The notes under the pieces are model-generated. The model was not told the origin of the DNA, ran no database searches, and worked only from the letters and a program-made list of their open reading frames with translations. The position numbers and the translations under genes were made by a program. A stretch of DNA of 64,000 nt. It comes from an uncultured Planctomycetaceae bacterium (GTDB taxonomy: Bacteria > Planctomycetota > Planctomycetia > Planctomycetales > Planctomycetaceae). The first letter of the stretch is position 1. Every line of letters starts with the position of its first letter. The stretch lies in contig CAWFGE010000013.1 in assembly GCA_963815195.1 (NCBI GenBank), positions 192,001 through 256,000 on the forward strand. Reading direction: 5' to 3'. Below, piece after piece: positions 30,382 to 41,772 of this stretch.

Positions 30382-32940
30382 TCATCCAAACCGCCGAGGA
30401 CGCCAGCGCCTTTGACAATCTCCTCAAACAATATGTTCCGCCCGCGGGCATATATGACGAGATGCTCGCGGCGCCGGGGCAGTTGCGGGCGCATTGGCAG
30501 GGGATGGTCCGTTTATTGACCCGCGTGCGGGCGAACGAATTGTCCCGCCGCTGGGAACTCGCGGATCGGCTGATTCACGAAAACGGAGTGACGTATAACG
30601 TCTATGGCCAGCCGAACGACAAGCCCCGGCCGTGGGAGTTGGACATTCTGCCGGTCGTGTACTCGGCAAGGGAATGGCAGTCGGTTTCCGACGGTTTGAC
30701 GCAGCGGGTCCGTTTGCTCAACCTGATTCTCGCCGATTTGTACGGGCCGCGGGAATTGCTCAAACGGCGGCTCTTGCCGCCGGAAGCGGTGTTGGCTCAT
30801 CCGCGGTTCATGCTGCCGTTTCACAATATGCAACCGGCGGGCGGCCAGCACATCCATCTGTACGCGGCGGAGATGGCCCGCTCTCCGGACGGGCGGTGGT
30901 GGATCATGGCGGACCGCGCGGCGGCCCCGTCTGGGGCGGGTTACGCGGTGGAAAACCGCATCGTCGCATCGCGGACCTGGCCGCATTTGATCCAGGACTG
31001 CCGGGTGCAAAGGCTGGCATCGTTCTTCATAACGATGCAGGAAAGCCTGCAATACCTGGCGCCGCATCACAAGGAAAACCCGCGGATCGTCTTGCTCACG
31101 CCGGGACCGATCCATCCCTATTATTTCGAGGATGCGTTTCTGGCGCGGTACTTGGGTTACACGCTCGTGGAAGGCGGCGACCTCGCCGTGCGGAACGATC
31201 AGGTCGCGCTCAAAACCTTGGGCGGGCTCTTGCCGGTGGATGTGATCTTCCGCCGGATTCCCGATGCCGACTGCGACCCGTTGGAACTGGGCGGCACGTC
31301 GCCTCATGGCATTCCTGGATTGCTCGAGGCGTCGCGGGCGGGGAGCGTGGCGGTGGTGAATGCGTTCGGCTGCGGGCTGTTGGAGACGCCGTTGTTCATG
31401 GCGTATTTGCCCGCCTTGTGCCAGACGCTGTTGAGCGAAACTTTGAAAATCCCGTCGATCGCGACGTGGTGGTGCAACGATCCCGACTCGTTGAAATACG
31501 TGTTGGAGCATTTGGGCGACCTGGTCATCAAGCCGGCGTATCTGCAGAGCGGTTCGCATGAGGTCCTGGTCGATCAATTGTCGAAAACCGAGCGGGAAAG
31601 CCTGATCGCCTCGATCAAAGCCGACCCGCGAAAGTTCGTTGCCCAGGAAAAGATCAGCCGGTCGTCCACGCCTTCGTTCCGGCAGGGCCGATTGGAGCCG
31701 GGGCACGTGGCGGTGCGGACTTACGTGGTGGCGACGCAGGATTCCTACCAGACGATGCCCGGCGGATTGATTCGTGTCGCGTCGAGCACCGAGCCGTTGG
31801 AACTGTCGATCGCGGCGGGCGAGTTCAGCAAGGACGCCTGGGTGCTGTCGGAAGGGCCGGTCCAACCGGTGAGCCTGTTGGCTCCGTCGGACCAGGGGAT
31901 TCATCTCAGCCGGTCCGGGGCGGAGTTGCCCAGCCGCGTGGCCGACCATCTCTTCTGGCTGGGGCGGAATCTCGAACGGGCCGACAGCGCAGCCCGCTTG
32001 ATGCGAACGCTCTTGGACCGCCTGGCGGTGGAATCGAAATACGATAGCGTCACCGAAGTCCCCACGCTGTTGCGCGTCCTGGCCGGGCGGGGCTTGATCG
32101 CGCCGGACTTCGTCGTGGACAGCTTCAAGGCCTCGCTGCCGGATGTGGAGCATGCCCTTTTGTCGTCGGTCTTTCAGGAAGAAGAATCCTTGAGTTTGCG
32201 GGGCACCTTGAGAGAACTGCACCGGCAGGCTTCGGTCGTGCGGGACCGGATTTCGATTGACACCTGGCGGATCATCAACCGCCTGGCGACGGAGTTTCTG
32301 CGAAGCGTCTCGCCGAAGGACACCGATTTCGGCGATGCGCTCGAGTGCCTGGACCGCTTGATCTTCGACCTCGCGGCGTGCAACGGTTTGGTGTCCGATG
32401 CGATGACCCGCGGGCAAGCCTGGCGGTTTTTGGATTTCGGCCGGCGGATCGAGCGGGGCCTGCAAATGGTGACGCTCTTACGCTACACGCTGTCCACCGC
32501 CCAAGAAGACAACGTGCCGGTGCTGCAAGCCGTCCTGGAAATCGCCGACAGACTCGATGACCTATCGCTCGCGGTATCTGGCCCGCGTGCAGCCCGCGGC
32601 GGTGTTGGATTTGCTGCTCACCGATGAGACCAACCCCCGGGCGATGGCGTTTCAGTTGGTGGTCTTGTCCGAGCATGTGGACCATCTGCCGCGCGAAGCG
32701 TCGCTGCCCATGCGGACGCCGGATCAGCGGGCGATCATGTCGGCCCTGCATGCGGTGCAAATGGCCGATGCGGTGCAGTTGGTGAAACACCCCGGCAAAC
32801 GCCGCGGCCCCTTGGAGAAGCTGCTCAACCACATCGAAGACGGATTGAACAAACTCGCCGACCAGGTCTCCCGAAAATATCTGATCCACGCCGGCGCCCC
32901 CCGGCAAATGCAAGACGACCTCCCCATGCCGCTGTCTTGA
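30378..32940 (+). CDS. Circularly permuted ATP-grasp fused to alpha-E domain (frameshift near 32550)
   Basis: ENGVTYNVY, RPWELD, APSGAGYAVENR, YFEDAFLARYLG, SKDAWV, LPSRVADHLFWLGRNLERA, GRRIERG, MTYRSRY, DETNPRA. Confidence 0.9.
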
Positions 32941-33038
32941 TCCGCGCTCATTGGCAAAGGGCGGCCGCGTGTCTCGATCGGCCAGAATGCGTGAGTAGCG
33001 TCCAGCGGCTAATGATTCATTCTCAAATCCCGCTGGTT

Positions 33039-34277
33039 CTACTTTGCGAGCAATTCTTCGATCTTCGCGTCCGCCTCGGCGGGGTGGATTTGCGTCTCGG
33101 CGACGCGGCCTTGTTTGTCCACCAGCCAATACGCGGGGATTTCGCGGATGCCGTAGTACCGCACGAGCGGGTTGTTCCAGCGGCGTTTGGTCTGGTCGAT
33201 GTAAAAGATCGTCGGCCAGGTAAACCCGTGCTGTTTGAGAAAGCTCTGCAAGCGGGCTTCGTCCTCGTCGAGATTCACGCCGACGATTTCAAAGCCTTTC
33301 GAGGCATACTTCGCGTGAAGCTGTTTGAGCGCCTGGGCTTGTTGGTCGAAGCCTTCCGTGTCGGCGGCCCAGAACGCCACGAGGACGACTTTGTTCCGCA
33401 GGCTGTCGATGGACAGAAATTTCCCGTCCGCGGTGGGGCCGGCGAGCGCGAGTTCCTGCCCTTTGAGCTCCAGCCGCCTGAGCACCGCCGCGACATGTTG
33501 AGCCCGGGGATTTTTGGGGAATTGCTCGGCGATCTGGGAGTAACACGCGATTGCGGTTTCCGTGAGGCCTTGGGCTTCGCAGCTCCAGCCGGCGGCGTCG
33601 AGCTTGGCGATGGCCCGGCCTTCATCTTTGGGAAAGTTGCGCGCGAACAGCCGGGCCTGCTTGGCATATTCCTCCAAAAACCGCGGATCCTCGCTGGCGA
33701 ACTTGCCGGCCATGATCTCTGCAAACCGCACGAGCGTAAAGCAGGCTTCGTTCGTCGCCTTGGACGCCGGGTCGAACTTTTGCAGCAAGGCCACGTTCTC
33801 GTAAAGCTCGTCCACGTTGTTGTTGTGCTCGTCCAGATCGACGCCTTGCACCTGGATGGCCAGTTGGAGTTGGGCTTCCATGGCGTAGTGGACGGCCACG
33901 TTGAACAACCGCTCTCTCGCGGTGTCGTCGTGGGTCTTTTTGACGACGAAGCCCGCCAACTCGGCGATTTTGTAATTCCGTTCCCGCTGGAACTGGCGGA
34001 TTTGGTCCATGTCGTCCGTTTCGGGCAGCGGCTGCAAGCGGAGCATGGTGATCTCGCGGAGATACCATTCGGGCGAGCCTTTTTCCGGCTCGGGCAGTTT
34101 GGCGTTCTCGGCGTTTTTGCCGTTGGGAACCGCCGCCGTGGGCAACGGCTTAGCGGCGGACTGCTGGCCCGCGGCTTCATCGGACTTGTCGCCGCCCGAG
34201 CCGCAGCCCAAGGGACCAATCAACAGGCCGATGGTCAAGAGAACCTGCCAATGTCTACCGATGCGCGCCGTGTGCAT
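33039..34277 (-). CDS. Lipoprotein with helical/TPR region and a C-terminal TlpA/redoxin fold lacking CXXC
   Basis: GGAGAGG RBS; lipobox PLGC; KVVLVAFWAADTEGF, GFEIVGVNLD, YGIREIPAYWLVDKQGRV. Confidence 0.8.
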   Translation of the reverse strand: MHTARIGRHWQVLLTIGLLIGPLGCGSGGDKSDEAAGQQSAAKPLPTAAVPNGKNAENAKLPEPEKGSPEWYLREITMLRLQPLPETDDMDQIRQFQRERNYKIAELAGFVVKKTHDDTARERLFNVAVHYAMEAQLQLAIQVQGVDLDEHNNNVDELYENVALLQKFDPASKATNEACFTLVRFAEIMAGKFASEDPRFLEEYAKQARLFARNFPKDEGRAIAKLDAAGWSCEAQGLTETAIACYSQIAEQFPKNPRAQHVAAVLRRLELKGQELALAGPTADGKFLSIDSLRNKVVLVAFWAADTEGFDQQAQALKQLHAKYASKGFEIVGVNLDEDEARLQSFLKQHGFTWPTIFYIDQTKRRWNNPLVRYYGIREIPAYWLVDKQGRVAETQIHPAEADAKIEELLAK

Positions 34278-34759
34278 GACCTCTCCATCCTTCGAGAGCT
34301 TGAAGTTCGCCGGCGGGGCGAAGTCTGGGGAATCCCCGCCGCCAAATCGTCCATGATCCAACCTGGGCCGGGAGTTTTAGGGAAAAATCGGGAAAAGGGG
34401 AAGAGGAACTCAAGATTTACCGAGAATTTGCCGGGGATCGTGCGGGAATCGTTATGTACAGATGAAAATGGCCGGTTGCCCTGAGGAAAATCACGGGGCT
34501 GACGCTCCCCGCTCCCCGCTTTTGATTTCGCCAAGAACTGCGCGAAACAATCAGAAAAGTCTATTTAACCGGACCAAAACAGCCGATGACTACCAATAAC
34601 GTAAGGACTCCTCGTTCAGGCGAATGATCGCCCAACTGGGCCTTGGAAAAATCGGCGGCGTAAACGACCGCAACGGAGTGTTGAAGAACGGGGTTTGGCC
34701 GGGAACGTCGCCGGCCTGTCTGGGGCTTTGTGGAGATGGAGACAAAAGGAGATCTCTCG

Positions 34760-35869
34760 ATGCGCAAGTATCGGAACTGGATTCTCAGTTTGGGAATCGC
34801 GGCGGCTCCGGGCCTGGCGGTCGCCGGACCGTTCCCGTTCGGAGGCGAGCCGCAAGCGGCTCCCCAAACCGCCGCGGATCAATCGAATCAAGAAGTGGCC
34901 GAGAACATCGCCCGGGCACTCCGGTCGGCCCGTCTGCCGGGATCGAACATCGACATCACCGTCTCCGGCGGGGTGGCGAGCCTGTCCGGGCAAATCGCCG
35001 ACGAAGGTTCCAAAGCGGCCGCGACCCGGCTGGTCAGTAGCGTGCCCGGCGTGGTGCGGGTCAACAACCAGCTTCAAGTCGCCAGGCAGCCCGCGTCCCC
35101 GGTCCAACAGGCCGAGTTCTCGCGGCCGTTCGGCCAGGAAGAGTCCCAGATCGAGCAGGTCGGCCTGAACCTGCCCCCGGCCCCGGCTCCCGCGGCCATG
35201 AGCAACCAGGCTGTCGCCGAGCAGATCGGAGCCGCCTTGTCGCGGGCCAACCTCAGCGGCTACGAAATCAAGATCCGCTACTCCCAAGGGTTTGCCACCT
35301 TGATGGGCAGCGTGGCCACCCTCGACCAGAAAATGATCGCCGACCACGCCGCCCGCAATGTGCCCGGCGTGAACGCTGTGGACAATCAACTGGAAATCAC
35401 CGGCTCGCCGGCTCGGCAAGCCCAATTTCAGCAAGCCGCCTACCAGGACAACAACGCCGGCGCTCCGCCGGTGGTTCCCGGGGCTCCTGGCATTCCTGGC
35501 GTTCCCCCGACGGGTCAGCCCGCGATGATGCCGCCCGGTTATCCCGGAGGCTATCCCGGCATGCCCGGCGTTCCCGCCCCGGCTTATGGAACCGCCGTGC
35601 CCGGTGCCAATCCCACGATCTACAACAACCCTTACCTGCCGCAATACGCCTGGCCCGCCCAAGCCCAGTATCCGAACTCGGCGGCGATCCAGTATCCCAA
35701 ACAGTACGCGGCGAGCGCCTGGCCTTACATCGGCCCGTTCTATCCCTATCCGCAAGTCCCGCTGGGCTGGCGGAAAGCCACCCTGGAATGGGACGACGGC
35801 CATTGGATGCTCGACTTCGATTCCAAAACCGACCGCTGGTTCTGGTTCCTCAATCCCAAGAACTGGTAG
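34760..35869 (+). CDS. Exported double-BON protein with Pro/Tyr-rich C-terminus
   Basis: AAGGAG RBS; signal peptide; two BON units (VPGVVRVNNQL, VPGVNAVDNQL); tail AWPYIGPFYPYPQVPLGWRKATLEWDDGHW. Confidence 0.85.
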   Translation: MRKYRNWILSLGIAAAPGLAVAGPFPFGGEPQAAPQTAADQSNQEVAENIARALRSARLPGSNIDITVSGGVASLSGQIADEGSKAAATRLVSSVPGVVRVNNQLQVARQPASPVQQAEFSRPFGQEESQIEQVGLNLPPAPAPAAMSNQAVAEQIGAALSRANLSGYEIKIRYSQGFATLMGSVATLDQKMIADHAARNVPGVNAVDNQLEITGSPARQAQFQQAAYQDNNAGAPPVVPGAPGIPGVPPTGQPAMMPPGYPGGYPGMPGVPAPAYGTAVPGANPTIYNNPYLPQYAWPAQAQYPNSAAIQYPKQYAASAWPYIGPFYPYPQVPLGWRKATLEWDDGHWMLDFDSKTDRWFWFLNPKNW

Positions 35870-35898
35870 GCCCGAAACGACAACAGTCCGTGACACGA

Positions 35899-35937
35899 GG
35901 AAAGGCGTTTCCCATTCACTGGGAGACGCCTTTTTCC
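35899..35937 (+). terminator. Rho-independent terminator
   Basis: GGAAAGGCGTTTCCCA-TTCAC-TGGGAGACGCCTTTTTCC after the BON gene. Confidence 0.7.
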
Positions 35938-35948
35938 GTGACAGTCCC

Positions 35949-36076
35949 GGCGAGCCTGGGGCGTCAGCCCCATGATTCTTCACGAACGCTCAACCTGGAT
36001 TGGATTCACTCGGATTCGAAAGCATTGTCATTGGATTTTGATGGACGAGATCAGGGGGCTGAGCTCCACGCTCGCC
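35949..36076. repeat. Inverted pair of REP-like family A repeats
   Basis: GGCGAGCCTGGGGCGTCAGCCCCATGA ... TCAGGGGGCTGAGCTCCACGCTCGCC. Confidence 0.6.
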
Positions 36077-36326
36077 CGACAACTGATAAAACCCGCAAAA
36101 TCCCAAGTTTTTCACAAGTCGCTCGGCTGGAAGATCGATACATACCATACAGTGTCGCGCGGAAGTTCACGCCGCGCAACGTCCACCGATGTGTCGGGAT
36201 GGGGAAGACGGTTTCCGAGCGGTAAGGCGCCGCGAACAATTCCAGGTTTCCATACTCACTGCTGCCCCGACTCCAGGCGGAGCGAACCACACATCCAGGG
36301 CAGGTCGAATTCTCACGGAGGAAGCA

Positions 36327-36920
36327 ATGATTAAGTTCGGACCCAAGGCCCGGCGGTGCGTGTTGATGGTCGGGATGGCGCTGATGACCTTCTCGAACGG
36401 CGGCTGCACGCTGATCGAAGGCTTCGCCGACGTGATTTACAGCTTCTGCCTCTTCTGGCGGACGGCTCCCTTCATTCCCGTCAGCCCGTACTTCAGCGAA
36501 CAGGTCGAAGACGCGTATTGGGAAGAAGAACGCTACGGCCGCGTGCCGGTGCTCGATCCCGTCGAAGGCGAAAACGCCCCGCTGTTCTGCCTCGATCCGC
36601 CCTCTCCGGATGAAGTCGTGCGGGCCCTCCCGGACAGCGAAACCGGGTCCGGAGGCTATGCATTCCTGGCGGAAACCCAAATCAACAACGTGCGGATGGT
36701 CGTGGAGCCCATCGTGGACCGCGTCGGCGAATGCCGGTTCTACCCGATGGTCGGCCCCGCCCGCATGATGCACTGCCACTACAAATGCACCGTGTATTAC
36801 GACAAGACGCTTCGCTCGAACTACCCGATCCCCTTCACCCACACCGACGCCACCGAAGAAGTCGTCTACATCGATCACGACCACCTCATCCGCTGTGCCG
36901 GCCCCGTGGTCCCGGAATAA
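36327..36920 (+). CDS. Hypothetical lipoprotein, Planctomycete-type, Cys/His-rich C-terminal half
   Basis: GGAGG RBS; signal ending GGC; PIVDRVGECRFYPMVGPARMMHCHYKC...EVVYIDHDHL. Confidence 0.8.
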   Translation: MIKFGPKARRCVLMVGMALMTFSNGGCTLIEGFADVIYSFCLFWRTAPFIPVSPYFSEQVEDAYWEEERYGRVPVLDPVEGENAPLFCLDPPSPDEVVRALPDSETGSGGYAFLAETQINNVRMVVEPIVDRVGECRFYPMVGPARMMHCHYKCTVYYDKTLRSNYPIPFTHTDATEEVVYIDHDHLIRCAGPVVPE

Positions 36921-36972
36921 GATCAAAAATCCGTTGCGGCGGCATGAAGCCGCCGCGACGAACGAAAAATCT

Positions 36973-37025
36973 AAAAACACCGGCGGCGGCCCGGCGATCT
37001 TTCGCCAGGCCGCCGCCGGTGTTTT
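36973..37025 (+). terminator. Rho-independent terminator
   Basis: AAAACACCGGCGGCGGCC ... GGCCGCCGCCGGTGTTTT. Confidence 0.7.
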
Positions 37026-37211
37026 GTATTTCCCACCGCCATTCCTCGGGGCAAGCGCCCTTGCCGATTTCCCGTTCACCAACGTACGATGGTTGAGGAA
37101 AAATGTGATCTATTCAACAGGGAATGGCCCTTTCCAGCCCCATCCCCCAATCACGCTAGAATTCCGGACCCAAGAAAAATCCCCGCCGCCGCTGTGTTAA
37201 TGGAGAGTGTG

Positions 37212-40200
37212 ATGACAGACCAATCCCCCCGATCTGGCTTGTGTTGGATTGTGTTGGCGTCGCTGCTGATCGTCCTGGGCGTTGCGCCGGTGTCCGCATC
37301 CGCCGACGATGCGCTGGACGTTTACAACTACGCCGTCGGGGCCTACAAGCAGGAGGCGCTGGCGGCAGGCGGAAGAAAGCTTCAAGAAATTCGCGGACGA
37401 ATTTCCGAATCATCCCAAGGTGCCCACGGCCCGTTTGTACCGCGGCCTGGCTCTCACCAACCTTCGCGACTACAAGACCGCCCGCAGCGTATGGCGGGAT
37501 TACGTCCGCGACTATCCCAAAAACAGCAACCTGCCGGTGGCCATGTACCGCGTGGCGGAATCGAGTTACCTGCTCAACGAGTTGAAAGCCGCCGAGACCG
37601 AGTTTCAAGCGTTCCTGGAAAAGTACCCGAAAAACGATCTGGCGGAGTGGGCCCTGCCGTTCCTGGCGGAGACGCAGCTTTACCTGAAAAAGCCCGCCGA
37701 CGCGGTGAAGACATACAAGCTCGCGGAAGCGCAATATCCCAAAGGCCGGCTGGCGAACGATGTGCAGTTCGGGTTGGCGCGGGCTTATGAGGAACTCAAG
37801 CAGCCCGACGCGGCGGTCCCGATTTACAAAAACCTCGCCGACGACGAGACGAACCCCCAAGCCCCCCAGGCCCAAATGAACCTGGCGACCTTGTATTTTG
37901 AGGGCGGGAAATATCCCGAAGCGGCCGAGGCCTATGCCGAGGTCGAGCAGAAGTTCCCCAAAAGCGAGCTCGTGCCCGCGGCCCAGCTCAACGCGGGCTA
38001 CGCGTGGTACGAGGTCGGCGATTATCGCAAAGCCATCGGGCGGTTCGACCTGGCCGCGAAGCAAAAATCCCAGGCCCAACTCGCGGGGTACTGGAAAGGC
38101 GTGTCGTACAAGGCGTTGGACGAATATCAGCAGGCGGCGGAGATTTTAAAGTCGGCCTCCGAAGCCGGCGACGCGGGAGCGCTTGCGGACAATATCATTT
38201 ACCAGTGGGGCGATTGCGCTTTCCGCGCGAAGGACTACCCCACCGCGCGGGACCGCTTTCTGCAAATCGCGAGCGACTGGCCTAAGAGCGAGTTTGTGGA
38301 AGACAGCCTGCACCTCGCCGGCGAAGCGGCCTTGTATTATGCGAGGCAGGCTCAAGATCCCGGCGAACGCACGAAGCGGCTCGCCGACGCGGAAAAGATC
38401 ATCGACACATTCCCCAAGCGGTTTCCACAAAGCCCGCTGCTCATGCACCACGAACTCCTCAAAGGCCGGTTGGAATACCTGCAAGGCGGCGCGGAACGCT
38501 TCGCCGACGCCGCCCGGAGGTTTCGCACCGTCATCGAAAACAGCCAGGTCAAGGACACGCAACTCGCCGCCCGGTTTCATCTCGGCCGCGCGCTCCAAAA
38601 GCTGGACAAGCACGCGGAAGTCGTCGAGGCGATGGCCCCGGTTATCGAGAACGTGAAAAAGACGGGCGTCGGCTCGGAGTTCTTGAGCGGTCTCGTCGTC
38701 ATCAGCTTGAGCCATCTGGCGCTCCAGCAGGATCAACAGGCCGTGGACGATTTGACGAGCTACCTCGAACTCGCTCCGGACGGGGCAGAAGCGGATCTCG
38801 CCTTGGCCGGGCGGGCGTTGGCTCAGGCCCGGCTCAAGCACAAGACCCAAGCCAAACAGGACCTTCTGGCGCTCCGCGACAAGTTCCCGCAGAGTCCGCT
38901 CTTACCGGAGCGGACCTATCAAATCGCGGAGAGGGCCTACGATCAAAAGGACTGGGCCTGGGCGGCGGAGCTGTTTGAGACCGTGGTGAAGCTCGATCCG
39001 AAATCGTCCTACTACCGCACGGCGCTCTCGGGGCTGGCTTGGACGGAATACCACGGCGGAAAGCACCTGGCCGCCGCGGCCGACTTCGGCCGGCTCGCCG
39101 AGGAGTTCCCCCAGGACCGCGAACAAGCCGCGGAAGCCTCGTACATGAAGGGGCGGGCCTTGGAAGACGCCGGCGACATGAAGACCGCCGCGAAAGTCTA
39201 TCAGGACGCCTTCGAGAAATTCGCCCCCCAAAAAACCGCCGAAGCCGGGGCCGAGGAAAAACGCCCCGACCAGTTCGCGTTTCTGGCCGGCGTGCAAGCC
39301 GCTCGCACGCGTGCGGCCCTCAAGGAACCCGAAGTCGCCGACGTCGCCTACGAAGCGGTGCTCGCGAAATTCCCCAAGGCGAAGGACTTGGACAAGCTGC
39401 TCGACGAATGGGCCCTGATGAACCTCAAAGCCGAACGCTTCGACCGCTCGGATGCGGTGTTCCGCATGCTCATCGAAAAAACGCCCGAAAGCCCGCTGGT
39501 GCCGGGCGCCCGGCTGAGCCTGGCCGAGAGCGATTTCATCTCGGGCAAACTGCTCGACGCGAAAAAGGTCTTCGAGGAACTTTCCACGAACAAAAAAGCG
39601 GACGCGGCAGTCAAAGAGCGGGCCATGTTCCAACTGATCGAGATCCTCACCGAGCAGCGGTTGTGGGAAGACTTGGCCTCACAGACCGAAACATTTCTGA
39701 AAACCTTTCCCGAGAGCCAATACCGGCCCACCGTGACATTCCGCCGCGGGGAATCGCTCATCTCCACCAAAAAGTTTCCAGAAGCCGAGACGCTGTTCAC
39801 CGAATTGACCAAGTCCAAAGATAATCCCGCGGTGGCAAAGTCCCGCTGGTTTCCGCGGGTGTGGGTGTTGCTTGCGGAATCGCAAGTCCGTCAGAAAAAA
39901 TACGACGACGTGGCCGCCACGGTCGCGGCGTTTCGCGCGTGGGATCCCAAAAGCGAAAAGCTCTACGAAGCCGACGAGGTCTTAGGCCGCTCGTATAAGA
40001 ACCAGGCCCAGTGGGACGAATCCCGCAAGGCGTTCGAGCGGGCTTTGGAGCACCCCGCGGCCAAAGGCACCGAAACCGCCGCCAAGAGCCAACTCATGCT
40101 TGCCGAGACCTGGTGGCATCAAAAAGACTGGAAGAAAGCCCAGGAGAATTATCTGAAGGTCTATTACAACTACGCAAACTTCCCGGAATGGCAAGCCCCC

Positions 40201-40365
40201 GCGCTGTTCCAAGCGGGGTTGTGCGATGAGAAACTGGGCGACTTGGACCAGGCTGCGAAAACCTACGCCGAGGTCATCGACAAGTTCCGCAAATCCGAAT
40301 ACGCCGACGAAGCCCAAAAGCGCTGGGCCCTCATCAAAAACCGGTCCGCGAAAACCTCCGGCTAA
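37212..40365 (+). CDS. Large exported TPR-repeat protein (BamD/YbgF-like repeats; frameshift near 37350)
   Basis: Signal peptide in the ORF 37089 frame; repeated F/YPxS-type TPR units throughout ORF 37282-40365. Confidence 0.85.
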
Positions 40366-40407
40366 CCACGAAGACACGAAGGGTTCGCTTGGCGGGCCGC
40401 CTTTTGC

Positions 40408-41772
40408 TCAATCGCCGCCCACGAGCAGCACGCGGAGGTCCATGACGTTGGTATGCGTGGGGCCGGTCTTTAACAGGCCGGCGGTTTGCTCGAAGAACGG
40501 GTAGGAATTGTTGATCGCCAAAAACTCCCGCGGGTCCAGATTCTTTTGGATCGCAGCCTCTTTGACCGCGGCATCGGCGAATGCGCCCGCGGCATCGGTG
40601 GGACCGTCTTCGCCATCCGTGCCGCCGGAGAGAATGACGATGTTCTCCCAGCCTTCGTCCCAAAGCGCGACGAGGGCCGCGAGGGCGACTTCCTGATTGC
40701 GGCCGCCCTTCTGGGGGAGATCGGTCTTCGCCAGATGCACCACGGGTTCGCCGCCGCTCAACACGCACGCCGGCCGCGGGCCGTTTTTGTCCGCGCGAAT
40801 TTCGCGGCCAATTTGAGCCAAGGTTTTCCCGACTTCGCGGGCTTCGTCCGCATTCTCGGAACCGAGCGATTGGACATGATAGCCCAGCGCTTCCGCCTTC
40901 CGCGCCGCCGCCGCGACCGCGGTGCGATTGCTGCCGATGATGTGGTTGTGCACGCGGTCGGCGGGAAAGTATTCCACCGCCGGCTGTCTGGCTTCATTCT
41001 CCAAAACATCCCGCACAGAGGAGGGCGTTAGTTTTCGCTCAGGATCGAATTTGCCCAAGACGGCGAGCGCATCGGCGGGGGTGGCGGAATCGGGAACGGT
41101 CGGACCCGACGCGATCACATCCAGCGGATCGCCGATCACGTCGGAGATGATCAGCCCGATGATCTGGCCCGCGTTCGTGGCCCGCGCCAGCCGGCCGCCT
41201 TTGGTTCTCGAAAGTTGTTTGCGGACGGTGTTGAGTTCCTGAATCGTCGCCCCCGTGTGCATCAACAGCCGGGTGACCGTTTGCAGATTCGCAAGCGAGA
41301 TGCCCTGCGCGGGAGCGGGCAGAAGCGCGCTCCCGCCGCCCGAAATCAGCACGACGCACACATCGCGGGGTCCGAGATCGGCGAGCATTTCGAGAATCCG
41401 TTCCGAACCGAAAACTCCCTCGGCGGTCGGCTCGTTGACACCCGCCGGCCGCGCGGCGTGGAGGTGGATTTTTTTGAGTTCCCGCACGCAGTCCGCCGGC
41501 ACGTTGACCCAGCCGGAAACGTGATTCTGCAGAACGTTCTCTCCGACGGCTTCTTCAAACGCGGCCGCCATCCCGGCCCCGGCTTTGCCCGCTCCGACCA
41601 CGACCAGCCGCCCGAGATCCGCGAGGGGAATCTTCCGTCCGCAGAGGGAGAGTTCGGTTTCAGAGCAACCGGCCGCCTCCCGCACCAGCCGTTCGGAATC
41701 CACCGCCTCGACGCCGGCCTGCCAGATCGCGCGGGCGTGCGGGCGGAGCGAGTTCGCGTCAGGAGTCGTCAT
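40408..41772 (-). CDS. Glycerate kinase type-2 / MOFRL family protein
   Basis: VVGAGKAGAGMA, LISGGGSALL, LNTVRKQLS, IISDVIGD, IASGPT, GGEPVV, GGRNQE, GTDGEDGPTDAAG, TGPTHTNVMDL. Confidence 0.92.
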   Translation of the reverse strand: MTTPDANSLRPHARAIWQAGVEAVDSERLVREAAGCSETELSLCGRKIPLADLGRLVVVGAGKAGAGMAAAFEEAVGENVLQNHVSGWVNVPADCVRELKKIHLHAARPAGVNEPTAEGVFGSERILEMLADLGPRDVCVVLISGGGSALLPAPAQGISLANLQTVTRLLMHTGATIQELNTVRKQLSRTKGGRLARATNAGQIIGLIISDVIGDPLDVIASGPTVPDSATPADALAVLGKFDPERKLTPSSVRDVLENEARQPAVEYFPADRVHNHIIGSNRTAVAAAARKAEALGYHVQSLGSENADEAREVGKTLAQIGREIRADKNGPRPACVLSGGEPVVHLAKTDLPQKGGRNQEVALAALVALWDEGWENIVILSGGTDGEDGPTDAAGAFADAAVKEAAIQKNLDPREFLAINNSYPFFEQTAGLLKTGPTHTNVMDLRVLLVGGD

